Positions 1 through 8,501 of a stretch of 64,000 nucleotides of DNA are shown piece by piece. The stretch is from Alphaproteobacteria bacterium (GTDB lineage Bacteria > Pseudomonadota > Alphaproteobacteria > GCA-2731375): NCBI GenBank assembly GCA_965232515.1, contig CBDDPY010000002.1, positions 3,648,001 through 3,712,000 on the forward strand, in the 5' to 3' direction. A model generated the notes under the pieces. The model was not told where the DNA came from, ran no database searches, and was given only the letters and a program-made list of their open reading frames with translations. A program made the translations under genes and the position numbers. Positions within the stretch are counted from its first letter, which is position 1; each line of letters opens with the position of its first letter.

Positions 1-34
1 TCCAGAAACCTGCTCAAGAGACCTCGACGGGCAG

Positions 35-481
35 TCAATAGACGTCTCGAAAAAACTGCAAGATCGCTATCACCAGTAGCCCAAAAGCGGCCGCGGCAGC
101 AGCCCGTGCAGCTCGCGCGGCGGAACGCGCTGTATCGTGCTGTTCCTCGGCAAGCTGAAGCTGCTTTGCCGCTGTCTCGCGCTGCGCGGCTTCACGCCGG
201 TCCTCGAGCTCGAGAGCAAAAGCCTCACGGCGGTCCTGCATTCCATCTTCGAACTTGCGCCGCCCAACCTCTCGCCGTTCGGCCACGTTCTCGAGCTCTA
301 TCCGGTCTCGATGTTGACGGCGGTAGAGCTCGGCTTTGCTCTTCGCAGCACGAGCCGGCGCCCGCTCGTCGCTATCGATATAATAGTGAAGCTCGGCAAG
401 CGTCAGGTCTGCATAGTTCCCATCTACTTCATCGATAGGGCTTCGTCTGATCTCAAAATCATCGCGTCCACTCGTCATCAA
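35..481 (-). CDS. hypothetical protein, charged coiled-coil with C-terminal hydrophobic anchor
   Basis: 148-aa ORF with an E/R-rich helical middle and C-terminal AAAAFGLLVIAILQFF; no family recognised. Confidence 0.55.
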   Translation of the reverse strand: MMTSGRDDFEIRRSPIDEVDGNYADLTLAELHYYIDSDERAPARAAKSKAELYRRQHRDRIELENVAERREVGRRKFEDGMQDRREAFALELEDRREAAQRETAAKQLQLAEEQHDTARSAARAARAAAAAAFGLLVIAILQFFRDVY

Positions 482-651
482 TCACCTCTCCGCTTGCCCC
501 GTCCCTTGCTCCGTAAAATTTTGGCATGGAAACGCAAGCGCCAAAATCCGCGAGATTTGCCCCGTCAAAACGGAGCAAGCGTACGGACAAAGTTCCGGCG
601 CCGTTTCAGATGGCAAAACCACTAAGTCGTTGGGAATGTTCGGAGAAGGAT

Positions 652-728
652 TGGCGCGCTCGGGAAGATTCGAACTCCCGACCCCCAGATTCGTAGTCTG
701 GTGCTCTATCCAGCTGAGCTACGAGCGC
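652..728 (-). tRNA. tRNA-Arg (anticodon ACG)
   Basis: Reverse complement reads GCGCTCGTAGCTCAGCTGGATAGAGCACCAGACTACGAATCTGGGGGTCGGGAGTTCGAATCTTCCCGAGCGCGCCA: cloverleaf, TTCGAAT T-loop, encoded CCA. Confidence 0.97.
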
Positions 729-1026
729 GCATCCCTTACGTTCCGCGCATCTTTGTCACGGAACCGCAAAGACGAGACTACCTACTGAAAACTTAACGGT
801 ATGGCAAGATCCGCGTGGCTGAGATGCAACACGAATTGTGTTTGGAATTCGTCGCTTGTCCGCTGTGGGCGGTTTGGCTAATATCACGCCGCCTTAAAAG
901 ATCAAAAGGTTAGCGTCGTTTTTTCGCACGCCGTTTTGCCGCCTGATGTTTTGTCGCCCAAAGATGAGACCGGCTTGACCCGCGCCACTGACAACGGCTC
1001 CGTAGATTGGGCTGGGGGAACCTATT

Positions 1027-2271
1027 TTGCATAGATCGACACTCGCTCTGTTCAGCGTGGCAGCGCTGCTGTCCGGCTGTTCGTTTGCATCCGATGCCTT
1101 GTGGCCGTCGCTGACCGGCGACGAACCGGCCGGCGAGGCTTCGCAGCAAGTCCCGATTCAACCCAGCGCCGCAGAGGCGAACCAGCAGCCGACGCTGGGT
1201 CCGACGGCGCAGGCGGCACCCGCGCCGCCCGGCCTGCCGGCGCCGCCACCGGCGCTCGGCACGACCAACTTCGCGCCGCAGCCGATCACCAACACGCCGA
1301 CCACCGGCACCTTCGTCGGCCAAAAGGTGGGCCAGTTGCGCGGCGAGCTGCGCCAGCTGCAGGGCCGCCTGAGCCAGCAGAACAGCGAACTGCAGCAGAT
1401 CCGTCAGACCACGACGCAGAACGCGCAGCGTTATCACGGCACCGTCGCCGCCGTCACGGCGCGGCTGCAGCTCGGCACCACGCCCGGCAATCCGGTGCTG
1501 GTCAGCCAGTGGAACGCCGCCCAGGCCGAGCTCGACCGGCTGAACGCCGATATCGCGGCCATGAACTCGCTCGCCAACCTGGTGGCGTCCAATTCGTCGC
1601 TCGCGGCCTACATCCTCGAATCGGCCCGCGCGTCCTACAGCCTGTCGGGCGCCATTGATGAGGATCACCGCCAGCTCGCGATCCTGGAGGACGAGACCAA
1701 CCGCACCGTGGTGCTGGTCGACCGGCTGCTGGCCGAGCTGAACGAAGACGTGTCGCGCCAGACCGCCTATGTCGGCAACGAACGCGCCAACCTGACGACG
1801 CTCTCGAACTCGATCAAGAACGGCGAGCTGTTCGGCAGCAGTCTGCTGGCGCGCGCCTACAGCACCGGCAGCGCCGGTGCGGGCGCGGGCGCCGGTATCG
1901 CCCCGGCCGCGGCGGCGCCGTCGCCGTTCGCGACCTCGTCGACGCCGCGCAGCGGCTTCAGCACCACGGGCCGGCGGCCGCTGGTGGTGATCCGCTTCGA
2001 CCGGCCCGATGTGCCCTACGAGCAGGCGCTTTACACCGCGGTGTCGCGTACGCTCGACCGCCGTCCGGACGCCCAGTTCGATCTGGTCGCGGTGGTGCCG
2101 GCGGTCGGCACCGCGTCCGAGGTCGCCGCGACCCAGTCACAGTCCAAGCGCAACGCCAACCGGGTGCTGCGCACGCTGACCGACATGGGCCTGCCGGCCA
2201 GCCGCGTGTCGCTGGCGTCCACTACCAGCCCGAACGCGTCCTCCAGCGAGGTGCACATCTACCTCCGCTGA
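1027..2271 (+). CDS. lipoprotein with coiled-coil core and possible OmpA-like C-terminal domain
   Basis: TTG start, signal peptide with lipobox LSGC, Pro/Ala linker, Q/L heptads, C-terminal VIRFDRPDV...NANRVLRTLTDMGLPASRV; host-like codon usage. Confidence 0.75.
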   Translation: MHRSTLALFSVAALLSGCSFASDALWPSLTGDEPAGEASQQVPIQPSAAEANQQPTLGPTAQAAPAPPGLPAPPPALGTTNFAPQPITNTPTTGTFVGQKVGQLRGELRQLQGRLSQQNSELQQIRQTTTQNAQRYHGTVAAVTARLQLGTTPGNPVLVSQWNAAQAELDRLNADIAAMNSLANLVASNSSLAAYILESARASYSLSGAIDEDHRQLAILEDETNRTVVLVDRLLAELNEDVSRQTAYVGNERANLTTLSNSIKNGELFGSSLLARAYSTGSAGAGAGAGIAPAAAAPSPFATSSTPRSGFSTTGRRPLVVIRFDRPDVPYEQALYTAVSRTLDRRPDAQFDLVAVVPAVGTASEVAATQSQSKRNANRVLRTLTDMGLPASRVSLASTTSPNASSSEVHIYLR

Positions 2272-2300
2272 CGGCCGCCGCTGTCACCTGAACAAACGAA

Positions 2301-2340
2301 ACCCCGCCGCCCGCGTGCAAGCGGACGGCGGGGTATTTTG
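2301..2340 (+). terminator. probable intrinsic terminator
   Basis: Stem accccgccgcccgc / gcggacggcggggt followed by attttg, 30 bp after the stop codon. Confidence 0.65.
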
Positions 2341-2355
2341 TTGGATGCGAGCTTT

Positions 2356-2481
2356 GCCCTCACCCCAACCCTCTCCCGCAAGCGGGAGAGGGAGCTGCTA
2401 TTGCCGCGGTTTGTAACCCCTCTCCCGCACGCGGGAGAGGGAGGGACCCAATCAGCGCTAGCTGGTTGGGAGGGTGAGGGC
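2356..2481. repeat. intergenic multi-hairpin repeat (CCCTCACCCCAACCCTCTCCCGCAAGCGGGAGAGGG type), copy 1
   Basis: Terminal IR gccctcaccc/gggtgagggc and two internal cctctcccgc..gcgggagagg hairpins; near-identical left half at 45353. Confidence 0.85.
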
Positions 2482-2498
2482 CGACGCCAGTAGCCGGC

Positions 2499-3980
2499 TT
2501 AGCTCTCCCAGCGCATGGTCGCGACTTCGTTGATGAAGGCGGGCCAGTTGTTCCAGAGGCCGGTCAGGCCTTTCTTGGCGACGCCCAGCTTCGACAGCTC
2601 GTACATGAAGCCGTTGACCGCGTCTTCCGCCAGCTTGCGCTGCGCGGCCTGCAGATACTTGGTCTGCTCGTCGACCGTGGTGGCGCTGTCGGCCTTGGCC
2701 AGGATCGCGCGGAACTCGGCGCTGTCGTAGTTGAAGTAATAGTTCTCGCGCGCGTAGATGCCGAGGTCCATGGGCTCGACATGGCTGATGATGGTCAGGT
2801 CGTACTGCTTGTTCTTGTAGACCTGATCCAGCCAGACCGGCCATTCGACATTCTCGATCTTGGTGGCGATGCCGACCTTGCCGAGCATGTCGGCGACGAT
2901 CTCGCCGCCACGCCGGGCGTAGGAGGGCGGCGGCAGCTTCAACGACAGCTCCAGCCCATCGCCATAGCCGGCCTCGGCCAGCAATGCCTTGGCCTTCTCC
3001 GGATCGTAGGCCGACATCGCGGTCAGATCGACATAGGCCGGATGGTGCGGCGCGAAGTGCGTGCCGATGGGCGTGCCGTAGCCGCCGGACGCGCCCTCGA
3101 TCACGGCCTCGCGGTCGACGGCGTGCATGATCGCGCGGCGCACCCGCACATCCGATAGCGCCTCGCTGCCGTTGTTCATGGCGATGATGGTCTCGCCCTC
3201 GGTCGTACCTTGGAGGGTGTTGAATTCCGGATGGGTCTCGAACTGGCCGAACATCTCGGACGCGCTCAACGCCGGCATGTAGTCGAGGTCGCCGGCCAGC
3301 AGGGCCGCGACCTGCGCCGCCGAGTCATTGATGAAGCGGAAAGTCGCCCGTTCCATCTGCACATCAGCGGCGTTGCGGTGGTCGGCGAACTTGACCATGG
3401 TCACCGAGTCGCCCTTGACCCACTTGTCGAACTTGTAGGGGCCGGTGCCGACCGGATTGGTCTCGTTGCTGGCGGCCGTCTCCGGCGCGACGATGGCCGA
3501 GACCGCCTGGGCCAGATCGAAGGTCAGCAGGCTGTAGGGCGCGTCCAGCGTGATCTGTACGGTGTGCGAATCCGGCGCCGAGATCGAGATCATCTTCTCG
3601 AACGTCTTCTTGCGCTTGTTCTTGCTGTCCGGGCCCTTGTTGCGCTCGAAGGTAAAGACCACGTCCTCCGCGTCGAAATCGCTGCCGTCGTGGAACTTCA
3701 CGCCCTTGGCGAGCTTGAAGGTATAGCTCAGGCCGTCATCGGAGATGGTCCAGCTCTCGGCCAGCATGGGGTGCACCTTGCCGGTGTTGTCGAGCTTGGT
3801 CAGCGTTTCGAAGATGTTGTAGGTGGTGACCTGGCTGATCGCGGCCGCCGCGCCCGTGGTCGGGTCCAGCGCCGGCGGCTCCAGCCGCATGCCGATGGTT
3901 ACGGTCTTGCCGGCGGCCTGCGCCGCGATCGGCAGCGCGAATGCCGCGGCCACCGCCACGGTCATGAGAATACGCCTCAT
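2499..3980 (-). CDS. ABC transporter substrate-binding protein, family 5 (DppA/OppA-like)
   Basis: Signal peptide MRRILMTVAVAAAF; LAESWTISDDGLSYTFKL..GVKFHDG and PVGTGPY motifs. Confidence 0.92.
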   Translation of the reverse strand: MRRILMTVAVAAAFALPIAAQAAGKTVTIGMRLEPPALDPTTGAAAAISQVTTYNIFETLTKLDNTGKVHPMLAESWTISDDGLSYTFKLAKGVKFHDGSDFDAEDVVFTFERNKGPDSKNKRKKTFEKMISISAPDSHTVQITLDAPYSLLTFDLAQAVSAIVAPETAASNETNPVGTGPYKFDKWVKGDSVTMVKFADHRNAADVQMERATFRFINDSAAQVAALLAGDLDYMPALSASEMFGQFETHPEFNTLQGTTEGETIIAMNNGSEALSDVRVRRAIMHAVDREAVIEGASGGYGTPIGTHFAPHHPAYVDLTAMSAYDPEKAKALLAEAGYGDGLELSLKLPPPSYARRGGEIVADMLGKVGIATKIENVEWPVWLDQVYKNKQYDLTIISHVEPMDLGIYARENYYFNYDSAEFRAILAKADSATTVDEQTKYLQAAQRKLAEDAVNGFMYELSKLGVAKKGLTGLWNNWPAFINEVATMRWES

Positions 3981-4011
3981 CGTCCTAGTCCTCCCTTTGG
4001 CGCCGGCCGTC

Positions 4012-5010
4012 TTACCCGGCATGGACGGTTCGATAGCTTGGAATCTCGCCTAAATCCTCGGCCGCGTAAACCGCGCGCGCGACGGCCCGGGCGACGCAGT
4101 CGGCGGCGATCATGCCGATACGCGCGATTTCGCCTTCCGCCGCCGCCCTCGGCGGCCGCGCGCCCGTCGCCACCACGAACAGGCAATCGCCGTCGAAGGG
4201 CGTGTGCACCGGCCGGATCGCCCGGGCGAGACCGTCATGCGCCATCACCGCGACGCGCTTCGCCTCGGCCTTGCTGAGCTCGGCATTCACCGCCACCGCG
4301 CCGATCGTGGTATGCGCCTGCAGCCGGGCTTCCGACGGCATTTCCAGCTCGGCCGGGCCGTAGCCGGCGGGCGGCCGGCGGCCGCCGAATTCACCGTTCT
4401 GCTCCAGCGGCCAGGCCCAGAAGGCATCGCAGCCCGGCATCACGACCGAACCGGTCGGATTGGCCGCGATCAGCGCCCCCACCGCCAGGCCATCATCGTC
4501 AATCGCCGATGCGCTGCCGAGCCCGCCCTTCAGGTTGCCGGCGCGCGCGCCCAGGCCGGCGCCGACATTGCCGAGCGCGAAATCGGTCGCGGCATTGTCC
4601 GCCGCCCGCCGGCCGAGTTCGCGGTAGGGCGGATCCGCGCCCCAGTTCTTGTCGCCGCCACTCGCCATATCGAACAGGATCGCGCCCGGCACGATCGGCA
4701 TGCGCCAGGCGCCGACGGCGAAGCCGCGCTTGCGCTCGGCCAGCCAGGAAACGACGCCGTCGCCGGCGGCAAGCCCGAAGACCGACCCGCCGCTCAAGAC
4801 GATGGCGTCGACCCGGTCGACCTTGTTGTCGGCGCGCAGCAGCTCGGTCTCGCGCGTGCCCGGCGCGCCGCCGCGCACGTCGACCGCCGCCACCGCCCGT
4901 TCGTCCGGCAGCAGTACCGTGCTGCCCGTATGCGCGGCAGGGTCCTCGGCATTGCCGACCCGGATTCCGGACACGTCGGTGATCAGATTGCGGGGGCCCG
5001 GCCGGATCAT
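4012..5010 (-). CDS. P1/S58 family peptidase (DmpA-like)
   Basis: NLITDVSGIRVG, DVRGGAPGTRET, LSGGSVFGL, HTTIG and AHDGLARAIRPVHTPFDGD motifs; true start MIRPGPRN at 5010. Confidence 0.9.
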   Translation of the reverse strand: MIRPGPRNLITDVSGIRVGNAEDPAAHTGSTVLLPDERAVAAVDVRGGAPGTRETELLRADNKVDRVDAIVLSGGSVFGLAAGDGVVSWLAERKRGFAVGAWRMPIVPGAILFDMASGGDKNWGADPPYRELGRRAADNAATDFALGNVGAGLGARAGNLKGGLGSASAIDDDGLAVGALIAANPTGSVVMPGCDAFWAWPLEQNGEFGGRRPPAGYGPAELEMPSEARLQAHTTIGAVAVNAELSKAEAKRVAVMAHDGLARAIRPVHTPFDGDCLFVVATGARPPRAAAEGEIARIGMIAADCVARAVARAVYAAEDLGEIPSYRTVHAG

Positions 5011-5735
5011 GTGGCGATCCCGACCTCGGCGCCGAGGTCCAGGTTCAACACATCGGCGGCGCGGCCGCGATTGACGGCGATCTCGGCCAAGCCGTTGGCG
5101 TTTTCGTACCAGAAGGCCGTGCCCTCGGGCACGTCGGAGAAGATCCGCGCCCGCTGCAGCCGCCGACCGGCGACCTCGAGCAGCGCATCGGCCGGCACCT
5201 CCGACGCGCGCAGGCCGGTCATGGCGTTGCCGAAGCGGTCGAAGTAGACGATTTCCGCCAGATCGTCCGGCCAGTCCGGCCGGTCGAGCGCCGACGCCGG
5301 CTGTGGCGGTTCGGTGGGGGTCTGCCCGCAAGCCAGCCGCGCGGCTGTCGGCGCGAACAGATCGCGGCCGTGGAACGAGGCCGACAGACGGTCCGGCCGC
5401 CAGTCGATCGGCCACCAGCGCACGTCGACGGCCCGCCGCGCGATCATCGCGAACAGCCCGTTCTCCGGACCGACAAACCAATGGCCGTCGGCCATGACCA
5501 TGGCCGGCGTGCGGTCGCCGCCGACGCCCGGATCGACCACACACAGGAAGACGGCGTCGGCCGGAAACCCGGCCGCATAGGCCGGCAGCAGATAGGCGGC
5601 CGCCCGGGGATCGTGCGTCGGCGCATCGGCGAAGAGATCGATCACCGGCACGCCGGGCGCACCGGCCTGCAACACCGCCTTCATCTGGCCCACGTAAGGT
5701 CCTTCCAGCCCGAAATCTGTGAACAAGACGATCAT
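5007..5735 (-). CDS. SAM hydrolase / SAM hydroxide adenosyltransferase (DUF62 family)
   Basis: FTDFG, VVDPGVG, SASFHGRDLFAP and DRFGN motifs. Confidence 0.9.
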   Translation of the reverse strand: MIVLFTDFGLEGPYVGQMKAVLQAGAPGVPVIDLFADAPTHDPRAAAYLLPAYAAGFPADAVFLCVVDPGVGGDRTPAMVMADGHWFVGPENGLFAMIARRAVDVRWWPIDWRPDRLSASFHGRDLFAPTAARLACGQTPTEPPQPASALDRPDWPDDLAEIVYFDRFGNAMTGLRASEVPADALLEVAGRRLQRARIFSDVPEGTAFWYENANGLAEIAVNRGRAADVLNLDLGAEVGIAT

Positions 5736-5751
5736 TTCGGCGGCGCGGCGG

Positions 5752-6522
5752 TCAAGCGCCGGCAATCGCGATCATGAACAGGCGGCGGAACGGGAACAGC
5801 GTGCGGCCGTCGGACTGCGGCGGATAGGCCGCCGCGATGCGGCCGGCATAGTCTGCCTCGAAATCGGCGCGCTGGTCGGCCGGCAGCGCATCCAGCAACG
5901 GCTTCAACGCCGAGCCGCGCGTGAACTCGACCACCGGATTGTCGCCGTCCAGCACCTGGATGTAGTCGACCTCCCAGATGTCGAGGACGGCGCAGTGCGG
6001 CCGCAGGATGTCGTAGTAGACCGCCGGCGCGGCCACAGGCGACGCGCGCAGCAATGGCCGCAACGTCTCGGCCCAGGGCCCGGCCTCGGCCGCGGCGACC
6101 ATCTCGGTATGCGACGGCGCGCCGTGATTACGCGGCATCTGCACCGCCAGCACCCCGTTCGGCGCCAGCATGCCCAGCAGGCGCGGAAACAGCCCGGCAT
6201 GGTTGTCGAGCCAGTGCAGCGCGGCGTTGCTGTAGATCACGTCGACCGCCGCGGCCGGCCGCCAGTCGGCCACGTCGATCTGCTCGAACCGGGTGTCGGG
6301 CAGAACCTTGGCCGCCTTCGACAGCATCTCCGGCGAGGAGTCGACCCCCGTCAGGTCGGCCGCCGGCCAGCGCTCGCGCAACAGCGCCGTGACGTTGCCG
6401 GGCCCGCAACCGAGATCGTAGACGACGGCCGGATTCCCGGCCGGCACGCGCGCCAGCAACTCGGCCGCCGGCCGCAGCCGCAGGTCGGCGAAGCTCAGGT
6501 ATTTCTCGGGGTCCCAGGCCAT
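5752..6522 (-). CDS. tam: trans-aconitate 2-methyltransferase
   Basis: WDPEKYLSF..RPAAELLARV, DLGCGPGN, SNAALHWL and FPFRRLF motifs. Confidence 0.88.
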   Translation of the reverse strand: MAWDPEKYLSFADLRLRPAAELLARVPAGNPAVVYDLGCGPGNVTALLRERWPAADLTGVDSSPEMLSKAAKVLPDTRFEQIDVADWRPAAAVDVIYSNAALHWLDNHAGLFPRLLGMLAPNGVLAVQMPRNHGAPSHTEMVAAAEAGPWAETLRPLLRASPVAAPAVYYDILRPHCAVLDIWEVDYIQVLDGDNPVVEFTRGSALKPLLDALPADQRADFEADYAGRIAAAYPPQSDGRTLFPFRRLFMIAIAGA

Positions 6523-6555
6523 GGCGCGCGATTGTGGCGCGCGCCGCCGCGCATA

Positions 6556-6933
6556 TCAATCCTGGGAGAACAGGCGCTCCCAGACCGGCCGTTTCTCCGC
6601 ACCGGCGGCGACGCCGGTCTCGCCGGCATTGACCCACATCTCGCGACTTTCCTGCTCTTCTACGGTCGGTCCAGTGGACCGCCGGCCGCCCGGGTCGGGC
6701 ACGTCGTAACATTCGACGTCGCCAAGGGTGTTGTAGCAATAGACCGGCGGCGGCGCGCCGACGGAACGCTTGTTGCAAACCGCCTCGCCGAACAGCAGGT
6801 TCTTGGCCGCGCAGTCCGCCTCGGCATAGGCCGATAAGGTTTCGTCAACCACGTTTTCGACCACGACGGACGTGCAACTGGTCGAACCGACCATAACCAG
6901 CACGGCAAAGGCAAACAAACGGCCCCCAGGCAT
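6556..6933 (-). CDS. small Cys-rich exported protein / lipoprotein
   Basis: Hydrophobic N-terminus ending TSC, then C..C..YCYNTLGDVECY; start could be 6975. Confidence 0.6.
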   Translation of the reverse strand: MPGGRLFAFAVLVMVGSTSCTSVVVENVVDETLSAYAEADCAAKNLLFGEAVCNKRSVGAPPPVYCYNTLGDVECYDVPDPGGRRSTGPTVEEQESREMWVNAGETGVAAGAEKRPVWERLFSQD

Positions 6934-6996
6934 CGCGAGCGGCTCCGCTTCGAGAAAAGATTGGCCAGAAACCAAGCTATTCTGGCGTTGGGCGCC

Positions 6997-7012
6997 CTAA
7001 TGACGGGTTAAC
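6997..7012. promoter_or_regulatory. near-consensus CtrA box (CTAA-N7-TTAAC)
   Basis: ctaa tgacggg ttaac, one mismatch from TTAA-N7-TTAAC, upstream of 6556..6933. Confidence 0.4.
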
Positions 7013-7013
7013 A

Positions 7014-8438
7014 TCATCCAGCCTGCCGCGCCGGTTGGCTGGCAGCCGCGGCGCCTGGCAGATGAATCCGGAAGGTGGTGCCGCTGGCGTCGCTTTTCGC
7101 CAGCGCCAGATCGCCGCCATGCGCCTGCACCAGCTCGCGGGCGATCACCAGGCCCAGGCCGATACCCCCCGCCCGAGCCGAACCGGCAAAGGGCTGGAAC
7201 AGGTTTTCCTTCGACTTCTCCGGCAGTCCCGGGCCGGTATCCACGACCTCGATGATGACATCAGTGCCGTCGCTCTTTGCCCGGATGCAGACCTCGCCCG
7301 TCGTCTGCATCGCTTCCACGGCATTGCGGCCGAGGTTCAGCAGCACCCGGAACAGGTGCTCCCTGTCGGCGTCGACGGCGAAGTCGCCGACCACCTCGTT
7401 GCACCATTGCACGTGCCCGTCCGGCGGCAGGCCGACATGCGCGGCGACGTCGTCGATCAACTCGGCCAGCACGAAGGTCCGACGGTTCGGCGGGCTCTCA
7501 TCGGCCCGCCCGAAATTGAGCGTCTGCGTACACAGACCGATGGCCCGGTCGATCGCCCCGATCAGGGTCGGCGTCACCCGGCGGACCTCGGGATCGTCGC
7601 TGCCGCTCAGCCGGTCCGAGACCAGATGCGCCGTCGCCAGCATGTTGCGCAGATCGTGGTTGATCTTGCTGACGGCCGAGCCGAGCGCCGCCAGCCGGGT
7701 CTTCTGCTTCAACGCCGTCCTGAGATCGCCCTGCATGGTCGCCAGCTCGCGCTGCGCCGTGCCGATCTCGTCGCCGCGCGTGCTTTGGGCGATGACGCTG
7801 CTGCCGGCCTCGGGCGCCTTGCGGAACGCCACCATGCTTTCGGTGATCCGGCGCATCGGCCGGACCATCAGGATATGCAGAGACAGATAAACCAAGGATG
7901 CCGTCAGCAGCGAGATCACGATCGACAGATTCAGGATGTTGACGGAGTATTCGATCATGGCCGCGCGCAACGGCCCCTCGTCCATCACCACCTCGATGAA
8001 GCCCTCGCCCTCCGGCACGTGGCCGACGACGCGGATCACGCGCTCGCCTTCCAACAGTGCCTCGAAGGCATCCACGATCAGGCCCATGGGCTCGGCGCCA
8101 CGCATGTCGAAGGTGGCGTCGATCGTCGGCGGCATTTCCTCGCCCAGCATCAGGGTGCGGAATTCCGGCCGCTTCAGCACGATCATGTGCACATCGGCAT
8201 TCTTCAACAGCTCGCCCTCGAGCTCGGCGCTGACCATGTAGTCCGGCGTCGCCTTCAGGGCCAACGAGGCGAGAAAGGCGGAGTCGAGCTGCGCATCGAA
8301 GTAGGTCATGCGGAAACGCGCGATCGACGGCACGTAGATCAGCACTTCGCTCAGCATGACGAAGAAGATCGTCAACACCAGCAGCCGCGACGACAGGCCG
8401 GTGGTCCATGACGGCAACGCGTGGCGCTCCCCACTCAT
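7014..8438 (-). CDS. membrane HAMP-domain sensor histidine kinase
   Basis: Two TM segments, HAMP (RGDEIG), H-box INHDLRNML, N-box NLGRNA, DTGPG and GLGLVI. Confidence 0.93.
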   Translation of the reverse strand: MSGERHALPSWTTGLSSRLLVLTIFFVMLSEVLIYVPSIARFRMTYFDAQLDSAFLASLALKATPDYMVSAELEGELLKNADVHMIVLKRPEFRTLMLGEEMPPTIDATFDMRGAEPMGLIVDAFEALLEGERVIRVVGHVPEGEGFIEVVMDEGPLRAAMIEYSVNILNLSIVISLLTASLVYLSLHILMVRPMRRITESMVAFRKAPEAGSSVIAQSTRGDEIGTAQRELATMQGDLRTALKQKTRLAALGSAVSKINHDLRNMLATAHLVSDRLSGSDDPEVRRVTPTLIGAIDRAIGLCTQTLNFGRADESPPNRRTFVLAELIDDVAAHVGLPPDGHVQWCNEVVGDFAVDADREHLFRVLLNLGRNAVEAMQTTGEVCIRAKSDGTDVIIEVVDTGPGLPEKSKENLFQPFAGSARAGGIGLGLVIARELVQAHGGDLALAKSDASGTTFRIHLPGAAAASQPARQAG

Positions 8439-8501
8439 GCCGCAAACAATAGCCTGAAAAGGCTTGCGAATTAAGGCTTTAACCCGAATTCACAGGCACG
8501 T

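Noticed and set aside
5007-5735. Fluorinase or chlorinase
   Set aside because: Carries the FHGRD motif typical of DUF62 SAM hydrolases and has no biosynthetic cluster context.
8470-8485. CtrA box upstream of the histidine kinase (also TTAA pair at 62313-62326)
   Set aside because: TTAA half-sites are 4 and 6 bp apart rather than 7.
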